Assembly (NCBI GenBank): GCA_963771275.1
Contig: CAVYSW010000003.1
Span: 896,001 to 960,000 of the forward strand
Direction: 5' to 3'
Source: an uncultured Gemmatimonadales bacterium
GTDB lineage: Bacteria > Gemmatimonadota > Gemmatimonadetes > Gemmatimonadales > GWC2-71-9
Length of the DNA stretch: 64,000 nt
Below are positions 29,348 to 40,192 of this stretch, piece after piece (the first letter of the stretch is position 1; every line of letters starts with the position of its first letter). Below the pieces are notes generated by a model. The model was given only the letters and a program-made list of their open reading frames with translations. It had not been told where the DNA came from and did not search any database. Position numbers and translations under genes: made by a program.

Positions 29348-31017
29348 TGACCCAAACCGTGGCCCCGCCAGATTTCCGCGGCCAGTTCCGCACCGACCCG
29401 CGGGCCCGCGCCGCCTACAGCGAGGGCGCCGGCCCGTATCGGATCGTGCCCGCCGCGGTCGCCTTCCCGGAAAGTCGCGACGATCTGTGCGCGCTGGTCA
29501 AGTACGCCGTCGCAGCCGGCATCCCGCTCACCCCCCGCGGCGCCGGGAGCGGCATGCCCGGTGGCAACGTCGGCGCCGGCATCGTGGTGGACATGCGCGC
29601 GTTCGACCGCCCGCTCCGGATTGCGCTGAACAAGATCGGGAACATCGGCGCCGCGGCATCGTGGGCCGCGGTGAACCAGGCGGCGGCGCACTTCGGGTTC
29701 CGCCTGCCGCCCGATCCGGCCAGCGGAGCCTTCTGCACGATCGGCGGGATGGTCTCCACCAACGCGGCGGGGGCCCACAGCTTCTCGGTGGGCAGCATCC
29801 GCCGCTGGGTGCGGGGGATGGAGCTGATCTCCACGGACGGCGAGGCGGGCTGGGTCAGCCGGCGGCACGCGGAGCGGAAGCACCGCCTGCCGACCCCGCC
29901 GGCCAAACGGGTCCTGGTCGAGCGCTTCACGATGGAGGATCGGATCACCGCGTTGGGGCCCCGGATCGCGGCCGCCAGGGACGAGATCAGTGCCCGGTTC
30001 CCCAAGACGCGGAAGAACTCGGCCGGGTACGCGTTGGACGCCTACCTCGAGTCCGGCGAGGTCGTGGACCTGCTGGTCGGCTCGGAAGGCACACTGGGGA
30101 TCATCTCGCGCGTGGAGCTCGAGCTCGACAAGACGCCGCCCGCCACCGGCACGCTGCTCGTCGCCCTCGTGACGCTCGACACCCTCGGGGACGTGGTGGC
30201 CGAGCTGACCCGTCATCAGCCCGCCGCGATCGAGCTGCTCGATCGGTCGTTCCTCGACCTCGCCGGCCCCTCTGCTTCGGCGGTCCCGCTCGACGGGGTC
30301 GCGGCCCTGCTGCTGGTCGACTTCGAGCGCGCCAGCGACCGCGAGCTGCGACCGGCGCTCGCCGCGGCACAGCGCGCGCTGCAGCCCGAGGCCCGCTACA
30401 CCCGGATGGGGGTGTCGGCCGCGGAGCGCGAGCACCTCTGGAAGATCCGGCACGGGGCGAGTCCGGCCCTCGCCACGCTGCCCGCCGAGCGGCGCTCGTT
30501 GCAGGTGATCGAGGACGGCTGTGTGCCGGTGGCGGCGCTCGGCCGCTACCTGGCCGGCCTACGGGACGCCGCGCGGGCGGCGGGCATCCCGGTCGTCGCG
30601 TTCGGCCACGCCGGCGACGGCCATCTTCACGTGAACGCGCTGGTGGACACGACGCAGCCCGACTTCGAGGCGCGCCTGGAGCAGCTGTTCTCGGCGGTGA
30701 CGGGGCTCGTCATGGCCTTGGGCGGCACCCCGAGTGGCGAGCACGGGGACGGCCGGCTCAGAGCCCGATTGCTCGAGCAACTCTACGGCCCGGTCGTGAC
30801 CGGCCTGTTCCGCGAGATCAAGCAGGCGTTCGACCCGGCCGGCGTGCTCAATCCCGGGATCATCATCCCGGACGGCACCCCGCCGCTCGCCGCGCTGAAA
30901 GTGGGCCCGAATGCCCAGGAGATCCCCGCGGACATCGCAGCCCAGCTGCGCCGCCGGGAGATGACCGCCGGCTGGGGAGCCCCGGTGCTCGGGATGCTGG
31001 ACGAGCACCCTGGATGA
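29347..31017 (+). CDS. FAD-linked oxidase (GlcD/D-lactate dehydrogenase family)
   Basis: [53 protein letters not shown] overlap. Confidence 0.88.
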   Translation: MTQTVAPPDFRGQFRTDPRARAAYSEGAGPYRIVPAAVAFPESRDDLCALVKYAVAAGIPLTPRGAGSGMPGGNVGAGIVVDMRAFDRPLRIALNKIGNIGAAASWAAVNQAAAHFGFRLPPDPASGAFCTIGGMVSTNAAGAHSFSVGSIRRWVRGMELISTDGEAGWVSRRHAERKHRLPTPPAKRVLVERFTMEDRITALGPRIAAARDEISARFPKTRKNSAGYALDAYLESGEVVDLLVGSEGTLGIISRVELELDKTPPATGTLLVALVTLDTLGDVVAELTRHQPAAIELLDRSFLDLAGPSASAVPLDGVAALLLVDFERASDRELRPALAAAQRALQPEARYTRMGVSAAEREHLWKIRHGASPALATLPAERRSLQVIEDGCVPVAALGRYLAGLRDAARAAGIPVVAFGHAGDGHLHVNALVDTTQPDFEARLEQLFSAVTGLVMALGGTPSGEHGDGRLRARLLEQLYGPVVTGLFREIKQAFDPAGVLNPGIIIPDGTPPLAALKVGPNAQEIPADIAAQLRRREMTAGWGAPVLGMLDEHPG

Positions 31018-31808
31018 AGCCGTATCTCGACCTGCTGCGCCACGTGCTGGACCACGGGCGCCCGAAGCGCGACCGCACCGGCACCGGCACCCTCAGCGTG
31101 TTCGGCTATCAGACGCGCTACGATCTTGCCGCCGGCTTCCCCCTGGTCACGACGAAGAAGCTTCACCTGAAGTCCATCATTCACGAGCTGCTGTGGTTCC
31201 TCCGCGGCGAGACCAACGTCCGGTCGCTCCAGCAGCACGGGGTGCGGATCTGGGACGAGTGGGCGGACCCGCAGGGGGAGCTGGGGCCGATCTACGGCTG
31301 CCAGTGGCGCTCGTGGCCGGCACCGGACGGGAGCCGGGTCGACCAGATCGCACAGGTGGTGGACGAGATCCGGCAGTTTCCCGACTCCCGCCGCATGGTC
31401 GTGTCCGCGTGGAACGTGCCGGACATCCCGCGCATGGCGCTGGCGCCGTGCCACGTCCTGTTCCAGTTCTACGTGCTCGACGGCCGGCTGTCGTGCCAGC
31501 TGTACCAGCGGAGCGCGGACCTGTTCCTCGGCGTCCCGTTCAACATCGCGTCGTATGCGCTCCTCACGCAGATGGTGGCGCAGGTCACCGGCCTCGCTCC
31601 GGGCGAGTTCATCCACACCTTCGGGGACGCCCACATCTACGCGAACCACCTCGAGCAGGCGCGGCTCCAGCTCGGCCGCGAGCCCCGGCCCCGGCCGACC
31701 ATGCACCTGAACCCGGACGTCCGGTCGATCTTCGACTTCCGCTACGAGGACTTCCGGCTCGAGGGGTACGACCCGCACCCCCACATCCCCGCCCCGGTGG
31801 CCGTGTGA
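31014..31808 (+). CDS. thyA: Thymidylate synthase
   Basis: [38 protein letters not shown]. Confidence 0.97.
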   Translation: MKPYLDLLRHVLDHGRPKRDRTGTGTLSVFGYQTRYDLAAGFPLVTTKKLHLKSIIHELLWFLRGETNVRSLQQHGVRIWDEWADPQGELGPIYGCQWRSWPAPDGSRVDQIAQVVDEIRQFPDSRRMVVSAWNVPDIPRMALAPCHVLFQFYVLDGRLSCQLYQRSADLFLGVPFNIASYALLTQMVAQVTGLAPGEFIHTFGDAHIYANHLEQARLQLGREPRPRPTMHLNPDVRSIFDFRYEDFRLEGYDPHPHIPAPVAV

Positions 31809-32311
31809 CGCTGTCGCTCATCGTGGCGATGTCCGAAGGCGGCGTGATCGGGCACCACGGCGCGGTCCCGTGGCACCTCCCCGATGACCTGAAACGGTTC
31901 AAGCAGCTCACGATGGGGCACCCGGTGATCATGGGCCGGCGGACCTTCGCATCGATCAGGCGCCCGCTGCCCGGGCGGCGCTGCATCGTGTTGTCGCGCG
32001 ATCCGGCATACCGGCCGGAGGGGGTGGAGTCCGCACCCGACCTCGCGACCGCGCTCGCGCGCGTGGGCGAGGCGCCGGAGGTGTTCGTGATCGGCGGCGC
32101 CGAGGCATACCGCGACGCGCTGCCAAGGGCCGATCGGCTGTATCTCACCCTCGTCCACGCCTCGATCCCCGGCGACGTGCACTTTCCCTCGTTCGATTGG
32201 ACCGTCTGGACGCTCGCCGAGGAGGCGTTTCATCCCGCCGATCCGCGTCACGCCCACGCGTTCACCTTCCGGCGCTACGAGCGACGTCGCCGCAACGCGT
32301 ACCCCGCGTGA
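31805..32311 (+). CDS. folA: Dihydrofolate reductase
   Basis: [32 protein letters not shown] overlap with thyA. Confidence 0.95.
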   Translation: MTLSLIVAMSEGGVIGHHGAVPWHLPDDLKRFKQLTMGHPVIMGRRTFASIRRPLPGRRCIVLSRDPAYRPEGVESAPDLATALARVGEAPEVFVIGGAEAYRDALPRADRLYLTLVHASIPGDVHFPSFDWTVWTLAEEAFHPADPRHAHAFTFRRYERRRRNAYPA

Positions 32312-32342
32312 CACCCAGCACGACAAGAGTCCAGAAAAACTA

Positions 32343-32371
32343 TTGCATAACGGTTCGGCTTTTCGTATCGT
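32343..32371 (+). promoter_or_regulatory. Sigma-70-like promoter of the ATP-grasp/KamA operon
   Basis: TTGCAT-17 nt-TATCGT with A-rich upstream tract in an AT-rich gap. Confidence 0.6.
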
Positions 32372-32401
32372 GTAGCACCAGCAACATTCAGTCGGAGTAC
32401 G

Positions 32402-33484
32402 ATGCGCATCGGGCTCGCGTACAATCAGAGACCAACTACCGGTTCCACCAGCCGGGACGACGAGCCTCCCCTATACATTCCCGCCGCTGCGCCTGACGCG
32501 TTCGTCGAGTGGGATGAGCCGGAGACGATCGATGCCGTCGAGCGCGCCCTGCGCCCGCTCGGCGAGGTCGTGCGGCTCGAGGCGCTCGGCGACTTCGCCG
32601 AGCGGCTCGCGCGCGCCGAGGTCGACCTGCTGTTCAACATCGCCGAAGGCTTCGCGGGCCCGAGCCGCGAGGCGCACGTGCCGGCGATCGCCGAGTTCCT
32701 CGGCGTGCCCTACACCGCCTCGGACCCCCTCACCCTGACGCTCGCGCTCCACAAGGCCCGGGCCAAGGAGATCTTCTCGGCGCGTGGCATTCCCACGGCT
32801 CCGTTCGTGCTGCTGGAATCCGACGCCGACCTGTCCCGGCTCAACAACCGGATGCCCTACCCGCTGTTCCTCAAGCCGGTGTGGGAGGGCTCCTCCAAGG
32901 GGATCGCCCAGGCCAACTTCGTCCCCGACCGCCCGGCGGCGCTCGTGCGAGCGCGTGAGCTGCTGGCCGCCTACCAGCAGCCGGTCCTGGCCGAGGCCTA
33001 CCTCCCGGGCGACGAGTTCACGGTGGCGGTGCTGGGAAACGGCCCGGACGCGCGCGCGCTCCCGATCATCCGCTTCCGGTTCGACACGCTGCCTCCGGAT
33101 GCCCTGCCGATCATGGGCTACGAGGCCAAGTGGGTGTGGGACGACCCTGCGGCGCCGCTGGATGTGCTGGAGTGCCCCGCCCGGATCCAGCCCGCGCTCG
33201 CGGAGGCGATCGCCCGGACGGCGCTCGCGGCGGCGCGGGCGCTGGGCTGCCGCGATTGGGCGCGCGTCGACGTCCGGCTGGACGGTCGGGGGACGCCGAA
33301 CGTGGTGGAAGTGAATCCGCTGCCCGGCATCATCCCGAATCCGGCCGACAACAGCTGTTTCCCCCGAGCGGCGGCGGCGGCGGGGATGAGCTACGACGAG
33401 CTGATCCAGACGGTGGCCCGAATCGCATGGCGGCGGATCACCGGGCGGGAGCTGCTCTCCACCCCTGCCGAGGCGGCCGCATGA
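32402..33484 (+). CDS. ATP-grasp ligase, D-Ala-D-Ala ligase-like (copy 1)
   Basis: FNIAEG, KPVWEGSSKGI, EFTV, YEAKW, RVDVR, EVNPLPG. Confidence 0.88.
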   Translation: MRIGLAYNQRPTTGSTSRDDEPPLYIPAAAPDAFVEWDEPETIDAVERALRPLGEVVRLEALGDFAERLARAEVDLLFNIAEGFAGPSREAHVPAIAEFLGVPYTASDPLTLTLALHKARAKEIFSARGIPTAPFVLLESDADLSRLNNRMPYPLFLKPVWEGSSKGIAQANFVPDRPAALVRARELLAAYQQPVLAEAYLPGDEFTVAVLGNGPDARALPIIRFRFDTLPPDALPIMGYEAKWVWDDPAAPLDVLECPARIQPALAEAIARTALAAARALGCRDWARVDVRLDGRGTPNVVEVNPLPGIIPNPADNSCFPRAAAAAGMSYDELIQTVARIAWRRITGRELLSTPAEAAA

Positions 33485-34521
33485 GAGTCGCGATTCTCTA
33501 CGACGGCGTCGCCGACACGTGGTCGGCCGCGGACGTCCGCGAGGTGATGACGGCGGTGACGGAGATCGCCCGGGTGTTGCGCCGCGCCGGACATGTCGTG
33601 GACCGGGTCCCGGTGCGCTCGGGACTCCGCTGGCTCACGCGATGCCGGCAGGCAGACGTGGTCTTCAATCTGTGCGAGAGCGTCAACGCCGTCGGGCGGT
33701 ACGAGAGTCTGGTGGCCGGTGCCATCGAGCTGTCGGGCGTGCCGTTCACCGGCGCGCGGCCTGAGGTCATTTCGCTGTGTCACCGGAAGTCCGTCGCCAA
33801 CGCCCTGCTCGCCTCCCGGGGGCTTCCCGTTCCCCCGTGGGTCGTTCCCGGAAGCCAGAAGATCCCGAGCGGTTTCCCCCTCCCGGCCATCGTCAAGCCG
33901 GCGGCGGAGGACGCCAGCGTCGGGATCGACCAGGGCTCGGTCGTCACGACCCGGCGCGCCCTGCACGAGCGGGTGGCACAGCTCAGCGAAGAGCACCGCG
34001 AGATCCTGGTCCAGCAGTACATCGCCGGGCGCGAGCTGGCCGTGGGGTTTATCGGGTCGGAGGCGCTGCCGCTCTCGGAGATCGACTTCAGCGAGATGCC
34101 CGACGGGGCGTGGCCGATCCTGTCGTTCTCGGCAAAGTGGGAAGTGGGCGGGGTGGAGGACCTCGGCAGCCGACCGATCTGTCCGGCGCCGGTGTCGAAG
34201 GCCATGGCGGAGCGCCTCACCGCGCTCGCGCGCGAGGCCTGGGAGGCCGTCGGCGGCACGGGATACGGCCGCGTGGACCTGCGGCTCGACGCCGCCGGCC
34301 AGCCGTGGATCCTGGAAGTGAACCCGAATCCTGACATCAGCGACAATGCCGGCCTCGCACGCATGGGGGAGGCACTCGGCTGGTCGTACCAGGACCTGAT
34401 CTTGCGCATCGTGGACGCGGCCTTCGCGGACGCCCAGCTGGCCGACTCGGTCGCCGTCTCGACGGCCGCCCGGTCGCGTGCCGACCGCCGCGTGGCTGAA
34501 GAACAGCAGAAACTGGCGTAG
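33481..34521 (+). CDS. ATP-grasp ligase, D-Ala-D-Ala ligase-like (copy 2)
   Basis: FNLCES, KPAAEDASVGI, GRE, FSAKW, GYGRVDLR, EVNPNPD; ATGA overlap. Confidence 0.88.
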   Translation: MRVAILYDGVADTWSAADVREVMTAVTEIARVLRRAGHVVDRVPVRSGLRWLTRCRQADVVFNLCESVNAVGRYESLVAGAIELSGVPFTGARPEVISLCHRKSVANALLASRGLPVPPWVVPGSQKIPSGFPLPAIVKPAAEDASVGIDQGSVVTTRRALHERVAQLSEEHREILVQQYIAGRELAVGFIGSEALPLSEIDFSEMPDGAWPILSFSAKWEVGGVEDLGSRPICPAPVSKAMAERLTALAREAWEAVGGTGYGRVDLRLDAAGQPWILEVNPNPDISDNAGLARMGEALGWSYQDLILRIVDAAFADAQLADSVAVSTAARSRADRRVAEEQQKLA

Positions 34522-35052
34522 ATGCCCGCTTCGGACGACCCAGCCGGAGTCGATCGCGCCGCGGCCGTGGCTCTCCACGCGCCGCGGGCGACCGACCGCG
34601 ATCGGGCACGGGAGATCATCGAAGCGAGCGGCGTGTTCCGGCCGGACGAGACGCCGGTCGCCCTCGAAGTGTTCGACGGGGCGGTCCGGGCCCCCGGCCG
34701 GGACTATTGGGGCATCGGCGCATACGTCGGCGACCGGCTGGTGGGCTTCGCCACCTTCGGGGCGGTACCCTGCACGCTGGCCACGTGGGACCTGTACTGG
34801 ATCGCCGTCGATCCCGCCCTTCAGGGGGCGGGCATCGGCCGGCAGCTCATGGCCCACTGCGAGCGGACGATCGTAGCGGAAGGCGGTCGCCTCATCGTGG
34901 TGGAGACCTCGTCGCGCGCCGACTACGCGCCGACGCGGGCCTTCTATCGCCGGCTCGGCTACGAGGACCGTGCGGCGATCCCGGAGTACTACGCTCCGGG
35001 CGACGGCCTGATCGTATTCACCAAGTACCTCGCAGCTTCCGCGGACGAGTGA
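34522..35052 (+). CDS. GNAT family N-acetyltransferase
   Basis: DLYWIAVDPALQGAGIGRQL, TRAFYRRLGY. Confidence 0.9.
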   Translation: MPASDDPAGVDRAAAVALHAPRATDRDRAREIIEASGVFRPDETPVALEVFDGAVRAPGRDYWGIGAYVGDRLVGFATFGAVPCTLATWDLYWIAVDPALQGAGIGRQLMAHCERTIVAEGGRLIVVETSSRADYAPTRAFYRRLGYEDRAAIPEYYAPGDGLIVFTKYLAASADE

Positions 35053-35058
35053 CGGCCC

Positions 35059-36222
35059 ATGGCTGAGTGGCAACGCCTCCTGCACGAAAGCGGTCTGCGG
35101 ACGCTGCAGCACCTCGTCGACCGGTTCGGCGCGGAGCACTTCCCGGATCTCGGACGGCTGCAGCAGGCGGTCGACAACTTCGAATTCCGGATCTCGCCGG
35201 CGATGGCCGAGCTGATCCAGGAGCCGGGTGACCCGATCTGGCGCCAGTACGTGCCCGACCTGCAGGAGCTCGACGTCGTGGACGGCGTGATGGACAGCCT
35301 GGGCGAGGATGCCGACAGCCCGGTGCCGAACATCACGCACCGCTACCCCGACCGCGCGCTGTTCCTGGTGAGCCCGGTCTGCGCCTCCTACTGTCGGTTC
35401 TGCACGCGGCGGCGCAAGGTGGGCGACCCCGAGAAGATCTCGATGTCGCAGTTCGAGAGCGCGTTCCGCTACCTCGAGGAGCACGCCGAGATTCGCGACG
35501 TGATCCTGTCGGGGGGAGACCCGCTGCTGCTCTCCGATCGGCGGCTCGAAGGCATCATCGCCCGGCTGCGCAAGATCAAGCACCTCGAGGTCATCCGGAT
35601 CGGCAGCCGGGTGCCGTGCCACCTGCCCGAGCGGATCACGCCGGAGCTGTGCGGCATGCTCCGTAAGTACCACCCGCTCTACATCAATACCCACTTCAAC
35701 CACCCCGACGAGCTCACGCCGGCCGCCGTGCAGGGCCTCGGCATGCTCGCCGACGCCGGCATCCCGCTGGGGTGCCAGACCGTGCTGCTCCGGGGCGTGA
35801 ACGACGACGTGGACGTGATGAAGCGGCTGATGCAGAAGCTGCTCGCCGCGCGGGTGCGGCCGTACTACATCTACATGTGCGACAACGTCGCGGGCGTCGA
35901 GCATTTCAAGACCACGGTCGAGAAGGGCCTCGAGATCGTCGAGGGCCTGCGTGGCTGGACCAGCGGGCTCGCCGTGCCGCACTTCGTGATCGACGCGCCC
36001 GGCGGCGGCGGCAAGATCCCGTTGCTGCCCGAGTACGTCGTCCGGCTCACCAACGACGAGATCGTGCTGCGCAACTTCCGCGGGCGGCAGTATGTCTGGA
36101 AGCAGCCGCGCGAGGACGAGGCCCTGGTGGCCGCGGCCACGGGCACCGACGGGTCCGTGGTGCCGATCCGCCGCAAGCCCAAGAAAAAGCGGCCGGAGCG
36201 GAAGCCCTCCGCCGCGAGGTAG
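35059..36222 (+). CDS. kamA: KamA family radical SAM enzyme (lysine 2,3-aminomutase type)
   Basis: HRYPDR, CASYCRFC, SGGDPL, THFNHP, PYYIYMCD, FVIDAPGGGGK. Confidence 0.88.
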   Translation: MAEWQRLLHESGLRTLQHLVDRFGAEHFPDLGRLQQAVDNFEFRISPAMAELIQEPGDPIWRQYVPDLQELDVVDGVMDSLGEDADSPVPNITHRYPDRALFLVSPVCASYCRFCTRRRKVGDPEKISMSQFESAFRYLEEHAEIRDVILSGGDPLLLSDRRLEGIIARLRKIKHLEVIRIGSRVPCHLPERITPELCGMLRKYHPLYINTHFNHPDELTPAAVQGLGMLADAGIPLGCQTVLLRGVNDDVDVMKRLMQKLLAARVRPYYIYMCDNVAGVEHFKTTVEKGLEIVEGLRGWTSGLAVPHFVIDAPGGGGKIPLLPEYVVRLTNDEIVLRNFRGRQYVWKQPREDEALVAAATGTDGSVVPIRRKPKKKRPERKPSAAR

Positions 36223-36326
36223 AGAGCCGAAAGCCGATAAGCCGAACGACACGCAAAAGGGCGGCCTGCGAGGCCGCCCTTTCCGCCATTCTGATCTCAC
36301 GGCTATCGGCTATCGGCCATCGGCTA
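36223..36326. repeat. Inverted heptamer arrays flanking terminator
   Basis: AGCCGAA/AGCCGAT/AGCCGAA on the left; CGGCTAT/CGGCTAT/CGGCCAT/CGGCTA on the right. Confidence 0.65.
36256..36282. terminator. Bidirectional intrinsic terminator
   Basis: AAAGGGCGGCCT-GCG-AGGCCGCCCTTT between convergent kamA and EF-G genes. Confidence 0.8.
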
Positions 36327-38423
36327 CCTCTTGTTCTTCTCCTCCTCTTCCTTGGCCCGCTCGGCCGCGATCTTCTGCGCCACGTCGGGCGGCACTTCCT
36401 GGTAGCTCGCGAACGCCGCCCGGAACGTCCCCCGGCCGTGCGTCATCGAGTGCAGCGTGGTCGAGTACTTGTACATCTCCGCTTCCGGCACCATGGCCTT
36501 GATCTTGGTCAGCCGCCCCTCGGGCTCACTGCCCAGGATCTGCCCGCGCCGGGAGGACAGGTCTCCCATCACCTCGCCCAGGTTGCCGTCGGGCGTCAGC
36601 ACCTCGATCTGCAGGATCGGCTCCAGCAGCACGGGTTTGGACTTCGCGGCGACCGTCCGGAAAGCCTGGATCCCCGCCATCTTGAACGCCATCTCGCTCG
36701 AGTCCACGTCGTGGTAGCTGCCGTCGAAGCACTCGGCCTGGAAATCCACCACCGGGTAGCCGGCGACCGCGCCGCGGTGCGCCGCCTCCTGAATCCCCTT
36801 GTCCACCGCCGGGATGTACTTGTTCGGGATCACGCCCCCCGTGATCGAGTCCACGAACTCGTACCCGCTGCCCCGCGGCAGCGGCTTGATCTTGATCCAG
36901 CAGTCACCGTACTGCCCCCGGCCGCCCGTCTGCTTCTTGTGCTTCCCCTGCCCCTCCGCCGTCCCGCGGAACGTCTCGCGGTACGCCACTCCCGGCCGCG
37001 CCAGCTCGGCGCTGACCCCGAACTTCCGCTTCAGCCGACCCACGATCACCTCGAGGTGCCGCTCCCCGCGGCCCCGCACGATCGTCTGCCCGAGCTCGCC
37101 ACTGTACTCGTGGTGGAACGTGGGGTCCTCCTCGTGCAGCCGCTGGAGCGACGTGGAGAGCTTGTCCTCCTCGCCGTGCTGATGCACCTCGACCGCCATC
37201 GCGATCAGCGGCTCCGGCAACGGGATCTTGGACAGCACCACCGGGTTGGCCCGTGTCGACAGGGTATCGTTGGTGTGGGTGTCCTTGAGCTTCGCGACCG
37301 CCCCGATGTCGCCGGCGTGCAGCGTCGGCACCTCGGTGCGGTCCCGCCCCTGGGCGACCGACAGGTGGTTGAGCTTCTCGACGGCGTCGCGCGGCGCGTT
37401 GAGGACGTCCGCGCCGTTGGCGAGCGCGCCCGACAGGATGCGGAAGTACGTCACATCGCCGACGTGCGGCTCGGACACCGTCTTGAATACCCGTGCCACG
37501 AACGGCGCATCGTCGCTCACGGGGATCGCGACGGGCTCCGCCGAGCCCCATGCCTGAGCCTCGACGGGCGGCAGGGCGGCGGGTGACGGCATCAGCTCGA
37601 CCAGCTTCGACAGCAGGGCACGGGTACCGTACGTCAGCTCGGCCGCCCCGCACAGCAGCGGGAACAGCTCGCCGCGCGACATGCCGGCCTTCATCGCCAC
37701 GATCGCGTCGTCCCGCGAGATCTCCTCCCCGCCGAGGTAGCGCTCGATCAGCGTGTCATCGGTCTCCGCGATCCGCTCGATCAGCTCCTGCGAGTACCGC
37801 TCGAACCGCTCCTGGTACTCGGCCGGGATGTCGACCTCGTCGTACTCGCCGGACTTGCTGCCCTTCTTGTAGAGATGGCACTTCCGGGAGAACAGGTTGA
37901 TGATCCCGTGGAAGTCCGCGCCCTCGCCCACCGGGATCTCGATCGGGATCACCTTGGGCGTGAGGTGCTCCTTGATTTCCGTGTAGACCTTCTCGAAGTT
38001 GGCGTGCTCCTTGTCCATCATCGAGACGAAGAACATCCGCGGCATGCCGCGCCGCTCGGCCTGCTCCCAGACGAGCTCCGTGCCCACCTCGACCCCGGCC
38101 GTGGCACCCACCACGATCAGCGCACCGTCGGAGGCATGGATGCCCGCCACGGCGTCGCCGATGAAGTCGAGGTATCCGGGCGTGTCCACCAGATTGACCT
38201 TGCACTCCGCCCATTCCGCGTAGGCCAGCGCGAGGCTGATGGAGAACTGCCGTTCGACTTCGTCGGGGGTGTAATCGGTGAGGGCGGTACCGTCTTTCAC
38301 GGATCCATGCCGTTTGCTGCTGCCGGCCACGAACGCAAGGGCATCAACGAGGGACGTCTTGCCGCATGCGCCGTGGCCCACAACAGCCACATTCCGGATC
38401 CGATCGCTTGTATAGTCCCGCAT
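36324..38423 (-). CDS. fusA: Elongation factor G paralogue (EF-G2-like)
   Basis: GHGACGKT, DTPG, KKQTGGRGQYG, DGSYHDVDSSEMAF, LLEPI; divergent G motifs. Confidence 0.9.
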   Translation of the reverse strand: MRDYTSDRIRNVAVVGHGACGKTSLVDALAFVAGSSKRHGSVKDGTALTDYTPDEVERQFSISLALAYAEWAECKVNLVDTPGYLDFIGDAVAGIHASDGALIVVGATAGVEVGTELVWEQAERRGMPRMFFVSMMDKEHANFEKVYTEIKEHLTPKVIPIEIPVGEGADFHGIINLFSRKCHLYKKGSKSGEYDEVDIPAEYQERFERYSQELIERIAETDDTLIERYLGGEEISRDDAIVAMKAGMSRGELFPLLCGAAELTYGTRALLSKLVELMPSPAALPPVEAQAWGSAEPVAIPVSDDAPFVARVFKTVSEPHVGDVTYFRILSGALANGADVLNAPRDAVEKLNHLSVAQGRDRTEVPTLHAGDIGAVAKLKDTHTNDTLSTRANPVVLSKIPLPEPLIAMAVEVHQHGEEDKLSTSLQRLHEEDPTFHHEYSGELGQTIVRGRGERHLEVIVGRLKRKFGVSAELARPGVAYRETFRGTAEGQGKHKKQTGGRGQYGDCWIKIKPLPRGSGYEFVDSITGGVIPNKYIPAVDKGIQEAAHRGAVAGYPVVDFQAECFDGSYHDVDSSEMAFKMAGIQAFRTVAAKSKPVLLEPILQIEVLTPDGNLGEVMGDLSSRRGQILGSEPEGRLTKIKAMVPEAEMYKYSTTLHSMTHGRGTFRAAFASYQEVPPDVAQKIAAERAKEEEEKNKR

Positions 38424-38452
38424 AGGGGACGCCTCCATTGGGGGGGACCGGG

Positions 38453-38482
38453 AAATTGGGCCGGGGGGACAGGGGCTGTCAA
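38453..38482 (-). promoter_or_regulatory. Putative sigma-70 promoter of EF-G paralogue
   Basis: Perfect TTGACA (38482-38477) with weak -10 CAATTT at 18-nt spacing. Confidence 0.45.
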
Positions 38483-38557
38483 TCGGGCCCGCGGCCGCCG
38501 GGACGGTTAACGCGGGGCCGTCTCCGGCGTATTCTCAGATACCCAGCCGCCCCGACC

Positions 38558-40153
<1,596 letters not shown>

Positions 40154-40192
40154 GGCCGACCCGTCGTGACGGGCCGGGACCAGGAGGCCGAC

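Noticed and set aside
32402..34521. Ligases as a vancomycin-resistance (van) cluster
   Set aside because: No vanH/X/Y/R/S genes, and the ligases lack canonical Ddl/Van N-terminal motifs
35059..36222. KamA gene as epmB (EF-P modification)
   Set aside because: No efp or epmA nearby; sequence and operon context fit the KamA/AblA-type better
33391..36300. 969-aa minus-strand ORF and other long antisense ORFs (e.g. 22935-25646, 47031-49367, 50763-52910, 59037-61154)
   Set aside because: Shadow ORFs opposite well-supported genes, expected at high GC3; no recognisable motifs
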